DNA of 62,186 nt, counting the filler, from Sphacelaria rigidula (lineage: Eukaryota), in the NCBI GenBank assembly GCA_964200075.2. It is 8 parts of 8 records of this genome, joined end to end, with 100 filler letters (N's around TTAATTAATTAA, not from the genome) between each part and the next. Parts side by side here need not be neighbours in the genome. Positions count along the whole stretch, not along the records: positions 46,717 to 54,401 come from CAXNAA020013797.1; positions 54,502 to 62,186 come from CAXNAA020013798.1; 6 more parts are not named here. One strand, given 5' to 3'. Each line of letters begins with the position of its first letter. The stretch's first letter is position 1. Shown here in pieces: positions 48,357 to 59,611 of this stretch. The notes beneath the pieces are model-generated. The model searched no databases. It saw only the letters and a list, made by a program, of their open reading frames with translations, and was not told the DNA's origin. The translations under genes were made by a program, and so were the position numbers.

Positions 48357-49318
48357 TAAGATCCTGTGAAGCAGCCTCTCGAATCTAGTGCGCTGACGGG
48401 CCCAAACAACAACACCAACATGGAATATGACAGGACAAGTCAGTTATCGTCGCGGAAGATGACATACTACGTCAGCCATTCGGATGCGTTGACGACGGAG
48501 GAGAACAACAGCGGAAAATGAGAGGAATAAAAAAAGCAATACCGGATAATGAGAGAGTATATAGTTGTTCCAATGCACCAACTAGCAAAGCCGAAAGGGG
48601 GAGTGCAAGATGATCACACGGTGACGGTGATTCTGTGATCACTGGATGCTGATGACCAAGCCAAGGCCGACATAAAGTGTCACAGGTCATCCTTGATATA
48701 ATATGCCTTTACATACGATGTAGGCGACCTGTATACGGTTGTAGATGTATGAATGTCATGTGAAGGCACTGGTTTTCTTAATGCACGGTCCAACGCAGGG
48801 GCAATATCAAAGCGAAGCATGCTGCTCCTTGCAGATAAGGCACGTCTTCAAATGTTCGGCTCTACCATACTGTATACATCAGGCGACGACCTACCGAATA
48901 ACGTGAGAATACGTGACCACACATACGTCTTTTGTAGGAGTCTACATACGGATACGGCGACGCGTGATGCCGAAGAAAGTGGGTCGCCGGTGAAAATGTA
49001 GGGCAAGCAAGGGCTAGGCGTGAGCCGGGTGGTAGATAGAGTCACAGACTACTGTCCCGTGGGCATGGTAGCTCTCATATATATAGCTACCAAAGCGTAC
49101 TCTACCGGTTACCTAGGGTGCCGGAAATGGGCCCATGACAGGTGCGAGTTCCCCGGCGACGCTAGGTCATGCTACTGGCGGAATAGTCTCCTGTAGCGTG
49201 TTCGTCTTTTCCTCCGAGGGCTCAAGAAAAAACAGCCGAAAGCTATGGTTGAAATCATGTACACTCTAGGCAATATATTGCAGTGACAAAAGGTGTACTG
49301 CGTGCAGTATCGGATATG

Positions 49319-49350
<32 letters not shown>

Positions 49351-49451
49351 CCTATTGCAAAAGGCAATATATTCGATGTCAAACGCAACACACTTTCGCG
49401 CCAGTGTGGTCTACTGTCCGCGGTGTGACATCATGACCGCGCCGCGGGTGT

Positions 49452-49560
49452 TTAACCCTTTTGGAACCGTTGATGGAAAAGTGACGGTTTACAATTGACA
49501 CTTTCTTGGGCAAGATATGCTTTTTTTTTCTGCAAGTGTTGATGCAGCTCACCAAAACGG
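49452..49560. mobile_element. Terminus of the piggyBac-like family
   Basis: TTAA|CCCTTTTGGAACCGTTGATGGAAAAGTGA... aligns with the reverse complement of 10190-10303. Confidence 0.7.
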
Positions 49561-49842
49561 TGCACCACTCTAAGTTCAAGTATACTAATGAGACAGCCTC
49601 GTGCAGCGACCTCGGAGTGACGTTTCCCCGGTGACGAAATCTCTCTCTATCTGGTAGTTTGTATTGTTTTTCACGAGTTCCGAAAGGGTCAAGACCACTG
49701 GGATAGATGCATGAATCTGTGTGATTGGGCCGCCCTGCTTTGTTCGCGGCTGAACTTCTGCTGGACAGCTCTCGATACCTGTAACGCTAACCTTGAGCCA
49801 ATCCAGTTTCTTCGATCAAGGCACACCGAGAATCATTGGGCA

Positions 49843-49908
49843 GGGGTAGGGGTGTACTCATGATCATGCATGCCATAGTCATAAGACCATCGACCTCGCA
49901 TCCCTACA
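49843..49908 (-). mobile_element. Retroelement 3' end (family A) with C-rich tail
   Basis: Near-identical to the reverse complement of 8-65, and abuts an internal N gap. Confidence 0.65.
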
Positions 49909-51138
49909 NNNNNNNNNNGACGGAGCACGCCGGGTTTTCGCCGGACCAGGCTTGTACTCAAACCACCAAGCGCGAACCGCCGTGGGGTGTTCGGCGGGTC
50001 GCATGAAGGGTGAGCCGCATCCTGCTAAGATTGTTCCGCCCGAAGCCTACTGATTATCCTGCATTTGGATGACAGCCGACAATGAGTTGCTTTATTCTGT
50101 GGTATCGCCGCTTCCAGAGACAGCCACGGCTTTTACACTGCCTCACGGGTGTCTAAGTGGCGGGGGTAAGGGGGTTGGTATAACGGGTGTTCTATTCCAG
50201 GCAATGTGTGTGTCGGCGGAGCTCAGATCGCCCGGTTTGGGTCAAGGCAAAGATTGAGTCAAAATGCGTGGTGCGCATGCTGTAAAGCTCCTCGGGGTAT
50301 TGATGATCCCACAAAATCGATGCCTGAACATAGTTTGACATTACTATCAAAAGTCTGCGTTAAAGACGTTTGCGTATTTTGCAGTCAATCATAGCGCTTT
50401 CGACTGTTTCTTCAAATCTGCGGGCGTTTCATCATGAGCATACAGTAAAACATTTGCATCGCGTATAATCCACAAATGCAACTACTGAGCCAGTTCTCTT
50501 CAAACGAAAAACGTTTAATCTTGAATCCCCATTGCCACCGTAACAAGTCAACACTGTGGTCATAATCCATAATTTTTCGGCGTTTCCTTTTGCATTTTCC
50601 GCTCGTCACACTCACTTTGTAGACGTGGGGATTCCCCCGACCCATCGCCCCAAATCCACACTTGACAAACAGCAAGCTTCACTATAGCAGTATTGACCAT
50701 CATATGATCATCTCTGGGAGGCCGACAGTCCCAGGAGCTCGCCTAGCATGCGCATCCTGACTCAGATCGGTGCCGCAGGTAACGACATGAGCTCTGTCAA
50801 CGAAAACGTTTGCCTAGGGTACCTACCCTGTGCACTCTCCTTGCTCGATAATCCTCGGTCATTCTCGGGTTGGGTAGCGTCAAGGGTCAGCCTTTTGGTT
50901 TGACGATAACACAAGGTATACCCAATCGTGGGATTTTGGTGCGGCGGGTTGGGGGTAAACCCCAACCCGTCTGTAAGGATTCGTACGAGGAGCGCAAAAA
51001 CACGACACAGGAATATAAATCGAATATGACCGACACAGACATGACAGCAACGATCTGATCGTGTTGACTGACGAGCGCAAAAAAACAAAATGGAGCATGA
51101 TCCATACATCGCGTTCGCCTTCACGTTCAAAATCTCAC

Positions 51139-51285
51139 CCGGTCGACGGGATTCCGAATCATGGACAGCAGCCAGAAGCGCTGCTTGGAGTTCACCGGGT
51201 AATCGGCCATGAGGTTGTAGGGGAATGTCTGCCAAACCCGCCGTATGGTGCACGGTATCATTTGTTTCTCTGCTTTTCGCCTCGC
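51139..51285 (-). CDS. Exon of a probable sulfotransferase (3'-phosphate-binding motif)
   Basis: cttgcag|...|gtgaga, 147 nt, phase 0-0, ending FWLLSMIRNPVDR (hhhhRxPxDR motif of Sulfotransfer_2-type enzymes). Confidence 0.55.
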
Positions 51286-52204
51286 CTGCAAGACGTCCAC
51301 ACAAAAATGACCAGGCATCAATAAAAAAAAAACATCACGGTGATTGGTTGATTCATTGATTCATTTAATCGGTTGTCGCATATTTAATGATTGTATATAA
51401 TAGTATTATATAGTGTAGTATGGTATAGTATTGTACGGAGGAACATGGTAGTATTATAGGGATCAATCCAGCCGTGCTTACAACAAACGTAAACACTCGA
51501 TAAGACGGACAAAATGCGAAGAATGGGATAAAATAAAGGAGAAAAAAGCAGAGGAGAAAACAACCACAGCGAGGTGAAAAAAAACAATAAAAAAATCAAA
51601 ATCAGAACCACGTTATGACATATACAGGGAGCAACGAGGTTCATACATTAATAACTTGAAAAGTTGAGAGAAAAAAACTTCGAAAAAAAAAAAAAATGCC
51701 TGCGACATTACGCTCACCATGATCCACTTCTTTCATTAACGCAGGCTAATGTTGGCAGTGTGGTTCTGCTGATGACGGCGGGTCATCATTCACGCAGCAT
51801 TCTATATTGCGTCATTACATTTCTCAAGCGCATCTGTACAAAAGAGCTCTGTACCCGATACTAAAGGATTAACCCATATCAAAAATTGAACTATTGCAGC
51901 TGATACACCAAACACTCATCCGAGGGACGCACAAACACACACAGCAAGCAGCAAGCGTATCACACGGGGGACGACAAGAGCTGAGATAGGCAAAACGCGG
52001 GGCGCGGGTATGCAACCAGCGAGCCACATGGAAGCAAGCGCTTGCTCTGGACATGCTGCTAAATGCAACCACCAAATGCCGAGAGAGATGCGTGCGTCAT
52101 GCTCCAAAGTGTACGGGTGTGTGTATATGAGTGTGCGCACGGCAACTTCGAGCAACTACACCGAACGGCATTGCAGCAGCACCACATAGTGGCGGGAAAA
52201 AAAC

Positions 52205-52260
52205 GGGGGGTGTACTCACGATCATGCATTCCATAGTCATGAGACCATTAACCTACAACG
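52205..52260 (-). mobile_element. Retroelement 3' end (family A), with small deletion
   Basis: Reverse complement reads GTAGGTTAATGGTCTCATGACTATGGAATGCATGATCGTGAGTACACCCCCC. Confidence 0.6.
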
Positions 52261-52740
52261 GGGGGGGGGGGGGCTAGTTCTCACGAGGGCAGGGGGACAA
52301 AAACAAAAAATTAGAAAAAAAAAAGAAGCCAAGGAAAAATGTAANNNNNNNNNNGGCGCGCTGACTTGTGTAATTTATTCTGCTTTCTGTCCTACCGTTT
52401 CGTCCTAGCTGGCACCCCGGGTGGACGGGGCTAGTTCTCACGAGGGCAGAGGGACAAAAACACAAAATTAGAAACACATCAGGAAGCAAAGTAATATGTT
52501 AACTCAACGAACGTAACTTAACGGAAGTCAATATCACCTCCCACTCCACACCGCCGAGCAGAAATGAAGAAAAGGCATTAGAATAGCCAAGCAAAACTAG
52601 GGAAGTAAAACAAGTAAAACATAGGGGGTGAATGAACAATGCAAACAACCACATAACATACAACACACACAGAAAAAAAAAAAAAGTAATTTAAACACAC
52701 ATCAAGAAGATGTAAATAAAAAATAAAATGATTTTCTCAC

Positions 52741-52809
52741 ATTGCCGACGTCGATCCCGCTGCAGTCTCCGTGATCGCAGAACCGCTGTAACAGCATGGG
52801 ACCCAGCAC
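52741..52809 (-). CDS. Probable upstream exon of the same sulfotransferase-like gene
   Basis: accag|...|gtgaga, 69 nt, phase 0-0, reading VLGPMLLQRFCDHGDCSGIDVGN. Frame-compatible with 51139-51285. Confidence 0.4.
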
Positions 52810-54887
52810 CTGGTGTTTCCCCCATCCCGTAACAACCAACGCAGACGAAGTAAGCAAGCACCGATGCGATGCGATCCGATCCAATCAGATCAGGTTCAAT
52901 CAACATCGAGGACAAAAGAGGCCCCACCGACAGCGAACGGCAGCGAACTGCGACCAAGGTTAACTCTTTTGACCACCCAAATGTGAGGGTTCCCTGTTCA
53001 TCGGTTGGAAAAGGCATTACGCTCGCTTGATAATAGAAAGATAAAAAAAAATGATAACTAAAATGAAGAGCATTTTTTCTTTCCTTTCAAATAGTCTACT
53101 CTCTTTAATAATTTCTTTTTTTCTTCACGTTTCTTCGGCACTTGTTTCCGTTTCGTCTACCTTGAGTACGTCTACAATCAGTCCATCGATCAAAATCAAG
53201 CAAGCGTCAGACACATTATCATACACGGCCATCGTCAAAGTCTGTTTGCGCTGACAAAATGATGAAAAACAATCCGACTTCGAGAGTTACAGACAAGTAC
53301 CTACCGCGCTACGCTAGTGTATCGTGCAGCAAGCAAGTCGTCGTCATGGCTATACATACAAGAATATATATCACGCGAAATGGCGAACAGATACGACTGC
53401 TTGTAAACATCTGTCAGCTAGTTGACTGCAGGGACGGTCTACATGGACCAGGTTATGACCCTTGGATCAAAAACCTTACGCTTGGGGGGGAGGGGGCAGA
53501 ATTATGTATTTATATTCATATGCTACTCATACACGGGTTGATACGGTAGCTTCTCCTCTCAGTTCTCTCACTTTTGGTCATTCTCCACACATGTCCCACC
53601 GCGCCCACGTCGGCTTCTTTCCTTCTCACCCCATACCGCCGATACCTCACGTCCTTAAAGTACCCAACCAGCACTATGACATATTCCAAGCGTTATCCGA
53701 AACGCGATGCTCGAGTAGGAGATCAATCCCTCGCTTGACTTCATCTCTCGTTTGTCGTGGTGTGTTCAGCCATAATAAAAGCGCACTGCAAGCATTCGTG
53801 CTTTACCTCTCTTTCTCTGCTGTTACATTTGCGATTTCTTGGGACCCCCTCCCCCCCCCCCCTCCCCCTCCCCCTCCCGTTAGAACGTTTCGAAAAGCAA
53901 CGAATACTGACTTCTTATGATTCCGCAATAGATCTCACCGAAAGTAAATTTATCAAACGTGCTTTAGCAATCTACCGTAAACACACATATCGCGCCCCCT
54001 GAACCCCTCGTCTTCTCATTACCGTGCGACGTCCCATAATAATGCGGTGGGGCGCCGCTCTGCATGGCCGCACTACAGTAGGACCCTGCACTATACTGGA
54101 ATAATAGTGAGATCACTAGATATCATGAAAAGTACAGCGGATTGGACTGTTGGTAAGTGATTTTGACCGCGCTATGGTGGTACCCCGCACTCTAGAGGAT
54201 GAACCGCACTCCGGCGGGACCCCACTGTACAGCATAAGGGGTATCAAAATAGATGCGAGAGGGGCCATACAAACCAGGATCATGATCCAAGTCACCGCCT
54301 AGCCCCGTACGAGAGGGGGTTGATGAAGCCACAGTATGGTAAAGCTCATGATTCATACGACTGCTGCATCCAGTCTCCCCCCCCCACCCCCCCTCCCATT
54401 CNNNNNNNNNNNNNNNNNNNNNNNNNNNNNNNNNNNNNNNNNNNNTTAATTAATTAANNNNNNNNNNNNNNNNNNNNNNNNNNNNNNNNNNNNNNNNNNN
54501 NCGTTCTCTTTACCCTGATGGCGACAGTCGGACCATTACACCACCGGGGCGCGGCGGCAACTATATCGACATTAATGATGCTGGCTAACTATTGCTGGCC
54601 GTCGTGCTTCTGTTCTGGATGGCTCATGTTGATCGGTGCCGTACAGACACTACTCGCGCGATGCCCACCGCCCGGCCAGGGTTGGCGCATCTTGCGGTAA
54701 AGATACAGTCGGTACCGCCACAGAAATTGTTTAGAGATTCAATGGCGAAGACGACCAAGCACTCTACACACGGGTCATCAGACAGCTAACGCCAACACGT
54801 ATCTCTCTTCCGTGTGCGACCCCGTGTGCTACAGCACTGTCACCTTTTGAAAGTATACCGTAAGCTTGCTTGAAGATAACATGGTCT

Positions 54888-55244
54888 GTGTTGTGTGTTG
54901 TCGTCCCATCTATTCTGGACGCCGGTCTACCCCTGTCGGTATATGTGGGCGCACCAGCCGGGGTCACACAGGAGGAATGCCAACACAGGAGCTCTTCTTT
55001 TTTATTTGTCTTGAGTACCCAGCTTCGTTCTGCGGTGCTTGCCTTTATATTTTATCGCGAGAGGGGTATAGTAATCCCTTTCCCTCGTCGACCGTCAAGT
55101 CGAATTTTGTGTACCGACGACATGGTCGCTCTCCACTGTGGGGCATGGGGTGAGAAAAAATTCCAGATCACTCCGAGATTCGAACCCACGATCCGAACGT
55201 CAGAGGGTTTCGATATTACCACCTGAGCCACCGGGGCGACCGGC
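54888..55244 (-). mobile_element. Full-length tRNA-derived SINE, ~357 bp
   Basis: Head GCCGGTCGCCCCGGTGGCTCAGGTGG (A box) ... GGTTCGAATC (B box). The body is shared with two other copies and the tail is CA-rich. Confidence 0.85.
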
Positions 55245-56839
55245 TGGTGCTCATGAAAATATCATCCATGTACAGCACTGTTCTGGGCTGTGGCCAGGTG
55301 GCGGAGGGAAATTAAGCCCAGACCGGACCTAGACAAAAAACAAACATTTCAATCTTGTTAACATCTCTGCGGTACATGTGGCTTGAGTAACGCACGTGAA
55401 ACCCGAATGGAATCCGTTGAAGAACAATGAAAAACAACGAAAAAATAACCAACTTACATTTAATTATCATCATACAACGACCCTTACCCATGAACTCGGT
55501 GCCAATCAAGTTCAGACAAAATGACACACTGTGCGGCATCAAAACATACCCGCGGCGCGACAGCACTGCCACGATAGCTAGCACCAATATTGCCAAAGCA
55601 AAGACTCAGACTACGCCGCTTGCGTATATCACAACAGTAGTGGCTACTAGCGTACACCACTTGCAGAGCATCAAAAACACCTACCCTATCAATATGGTTC
55701 GTCGAAAACGTCAAGGAATGATTTTGGCAAAGATACAGGTGATGCTCATGAAAATGTTCGATATCCCACTTGTTCATGTAAGGGCCCGCTTTCACGAGAC
55801 CAGAAACGTGCGAACACGACCTGAGAGAGACAGTGATTCTCGAGTTTTTTTTGCCTGGGTGTTTCCGATTGGTTGTGACTTGATACCAGATTCTCATCTC
55901 CCCCGAAATCTCTCACGAAAATCAATCATGTGGCAATCAATTTTCGTGAGAGCGGATGAACACTCGGGTGATGATACGAAGAGGAACGTCACATGGTTGC
56001 ACGGCGTGGGCTGAGGCACACAGCTGACTTTCCTGTCACCAGCCGTAGCCACGCCTGGGAGACAAACCCGACGTGCGCAGCTTCCACAGGGGGATGCGCA
56101 TAGCTATATCTCCCAGCACTTCGCCGAATGAGCAAGCAGCGACCCATCGGCGGTAGCATGAACCAGCGATATCCAGCACGGTGGCAATCAAGCGCACCGT
56201 GCGTGGGCCTTGTCGCACGGTCGAAACGCGGACTGTCTTTCGCACCAGGAAGAGCAGCAGCCGCAGTAGCAATATCGGCACTGGCTGATTCAGTCCCACC
56301 CCTAACCGTAAACATCTGCTCATAGCAAAGTTGCCGCTGCTGCTGCTACTGCTTCTTCTCCTTCTCGTGCGGGAGGCGGTCGGCGTTTCGACCTGCGACA
56401 ATGCTTATACACACTTGCGCGCGCGATTTCTGCCCTGCTTGAAATCACAGGTGTGTTCGCGCGTTGTTACCGTTACTGCATTTTCAACACGAATCATCTG
56501 TCTCCCCCCCCCCCCGAGATTTGAACGGCGCGTGATTTCTCGTATCGTGAAGTTGTGTACGGTCATTTCACCATCACGCTCACGAGATGACCCCCTCTCC
56601 TTGTTTCGCTGGACCACCGCCCAAGTAGGCATACTTCCACTTAAACAACAGTAATTCGGAAGTAAAAATTGACCATGAGCAATTTTGGGGGATCTGAGTG
56701 GGGGTCGCGATCACAGGGTGAGCATCCGCGGTCTTCTACTCCGAGAATCCGGACCCTGACAGTCCCGCCGGCCTTTGGAGGATGGTCACAGTGTAGGCGT
56801 ACAACACATGGGCGCCAGTAGGCCGTGTGGGCTGACGAT

Positions 56840-58600
56840 TTTTTATGGGGCCCAATCCGGAATCTGGTGGGACTCCAACTTGTGCCAAATCAGAGGACTC
56901 AGATTCGCGAAACTCAGATCCGTGTGTACCCCCATTATCATGTCATGGCTTCACAGATTTGATTAAATAGTTCTGTAGATGGGGGGTCATTTTCTGCAGG
57001 GGTGTGGGATCACAGTCAGGAACGGGCAGGTAGTGAATGATCCATCAAGGGCAGCGTCGTACCGTGGTACCCTAGGATAAAATGCAGTACAGTACACTCT
57101 GGTTCGGGCCAAATTGGGGTCCATGAGACCCTTTTGTATGGCAGTCACAAAAACGGATCTATACGCATATCGGGGGAACTTAAATCGGGAAACGCCTTTT
57201 ATGGATCGCCACTCTGGCCCAGATCGGGGAAGCTCAGATTCGTATGTTACGATTTGAAAACGGTTTCCCTCAAGTCTGTGAGCGCAGGTCGGGGGAAAAT
57301 CGAGGTCTCCCGAATCTGCCGGAAGTGAAGTACGGTGAAAAGACGACAGGCGTTTGATATTATTGCGATGACAGCAGCAGACAGTCTCGTGTCAGCACAC
57401 ACACCGTGCCTGCCAGCGCCAGCTGCCGGAGCAGCGCCGCACTATTTGATTGATTGATTATTGCACTTTAACTGACTCCACAGGGATCCAGCCGTCGTCT
57501 CATGATAGACTTACCCAAGATAAACGAAACTGAAACACGCTCTGAAGAAAAAAAGGAACAGGAAAGAAGAGAAAAAAAAAATCGAACAGAACGACATAGC
57601 AGACCAAGTCGGAACAAAAATAAGGAATAAGAAAGTCAACACAAGCAAAGCACAGATAGAAATGGCCGACCTGAAGAGAAATAAAAAAAAGAGGAAGGTA
57701 AAAAACAAATAAAATACAAATACAGAAACACGATGAAACAAAGGAAAAGGCTTGAGGGATTCAGAGCAGCAGAGTAGATACAGATACACACCAGTGGGCA
57801 CCGCAGAGCCACCGACTAAGGACATAATCAACAATCGATATGAGCAGACATAATTTTCCGATCGGCAGCCCTCGACGCAGCAGCCTCTCGCTTGTGACGG
57901 CGGTCTGATTCTCGCTTGTCCGCGCGTCGCCACGTGTCTGGCTTTGATAAGCGAATAAGAAGTGTTGACGCCGTACCCTACGGCGATGGTAATATTTTAT
58001 GCCGCACTGCGCTGTTGTATGTATCGTCATAACGAACAGCAGTGTACTATCCTACACTCTGCTGTCGCCGTACCTGCAGGGTGATTAATGGCACTGCATT
58101 CGTAAATTCACACTGGGCATTGTTCTCGCAAATACCGACTGTACCATCATGTATCACCGCACGGCATTATCGTGTACTGTGATTATGGAATGTACTGCAT
58201 TGCACTATACCATAGGCTACCACGGTATGACGCTGCTCTTGAAGAATGCTTCACCGCCTGCTCGTTCTTCGGCTTCACTGCGACACCATACCCGCCTAGA
58301 GAATGACCGTCCGTGTACAGTACAATTTCGAAATATCTGTGAAGCGACGATCTGGTACACACGGATCTGAGTTTCGCGAACCTGAGTCCCCCCGATTTGG
58401 TAGTACGGCGCACCCACCTCCCCCCAGGTGCTCCCTCCCGGGGTTTTTCCACCTCCGCACTGCGATCGACAAAAAATCGTTNNNNNNNNNNGTTTCGCGA
58501 ACCTGAGTCCCCCCGATTTGGTAGTACGCCCCCCCCCCCCCCTCCCCCGATTTGGTACAGATTGGGGTTTCCCAAATTCGGAATTAGTCCCCATAAAAAA
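56840..58600. repeat. Inverted pair of a DNA-transposon-like terminus
   Basis: 56885-56930 CCAAATCAGAGGACTCAGATTCGCGAAACTCAGATCCGTGTGTACC is nearly the reverse complement of 58354-58400. Similarity extends outward to 56840 and 58600. Confidence 0.6.
57446..57900 (-). mobile_element. Retroelement 3' end with T-rich UTR and (ATCA)n tail
   Basis: Shares its terminal ~75 bp with 46116-46200. The 5' boundary is approximate. Confidence 0.65.
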
Positions 58601-59194
58601 TGGTCTATAAGAACGAATCCTGAGTTTTGAGTCCGTTTCGACGGGATTGTAACAGTCTATGACGTTCAATGGTTGATCGGGTGGCACTGTCTGTGATTCA
58701 AGGTATTTTCCATGACCCTTCATGCGACGACGAGACGAGACAGGACGGGATGGCCCGTCATCCGGGGGGAACGGAATGCGATGCGTACTCTTCCCGTTGC
58801 CTGAAGAACGACGGAACAGGAGGGGAAATTATATTGCTGTCATGCATTCTTACCTGACAACGGATCACGCTATAACAGCACAGCAGTTGATGATGGTGCT
58901 TCGACAGCCTGTTGATGTTACAGTACGGAACAGTACTGGCTGCTGTACTGCACTGACTACTGTACTACACTCAAACGTCCCGCCGAAATTTTACGGGAAC
59001 CTCTGATGTTATTCACGGGATGAATGTCTCGTGAAATCGGGACGGGACGCATCCTTTTCCCGTAGCTTGAAAAAATGACGGCACGGGATGGAAAGTGGGG
59101 CCCTGAAAGACGGGATGGGACAGGACGGGACGAGGCATCTGGTCCGGTGAAACGCGCTCGTACTTTCCTGCTTCCATGTTCAAAACGCAAATAG

Positions 59195-59611
59195 TACGGG
59201 ATCTTATCAATTGGGGATGAGAAATCCGGAGAATTAAAATATTCATATCCACACTTCATCTTCGAAACAAGGTTCCATTCCTTCACCTACTGATAGCTAT
59301 TTACAACTGCTACACGCTACAGAAACTTGGATTTCGATCACCGAAATGTTGGGGTCCTAGTTGAGAAACAAATTTCGGAACCATTTTGGCGTCCGCTTGG
59401 ACACCCGGAATTCCCCCCAAAATGGTTCTTCACCTAGGACCCCAAAATTTCGGTTATCGGAATCCAAGTTGCAACGGCAAGTTTCAACGGCGTGTAGCAG
59501 TTGTCAATAGCTATCAGATGGTGAAGAGTGGAACCAATTTTCGAAGATTTGGTGCGGATACGAAGATTTTAACTCTCCGGGTTTCTCATCCCCAATTCGT
59601 AAGATCCCGTG
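59195..59611. mobile_element. Foldback MITE with ~190-bp imperfect TIRs
   Basis: ACGGGATCTTA..AATTGGGGATGAGAAA.CCGGAGA...TGATAGCTATT.ACAACTGCTACACGC...GGGGTCCTAG is mirrored about a ~30-bp centre. Flanks GCAAATAG/TTAAATAT could be a decayed TSD. Confidence 0.8.

Noticed and set aside
38932-49908. 11-kb element bounded by the same inverted motif
   Set aside because: The two ends are on different contigs separated by an artificial spacer.
52261-52495. Direct duplication GGGGCTAGTTCTCACGAGGGCAG (similarly 58372-58405 versus 58492-58525)
   Set aside because: The copies straddle 10-N scaffold gaps and are probably unmerged overlaps.
55165-55244. tRNA gene
   Set aside because: It has A/B boxes but no convincing acceptor stem, and it is fused to a repeated SINE body.
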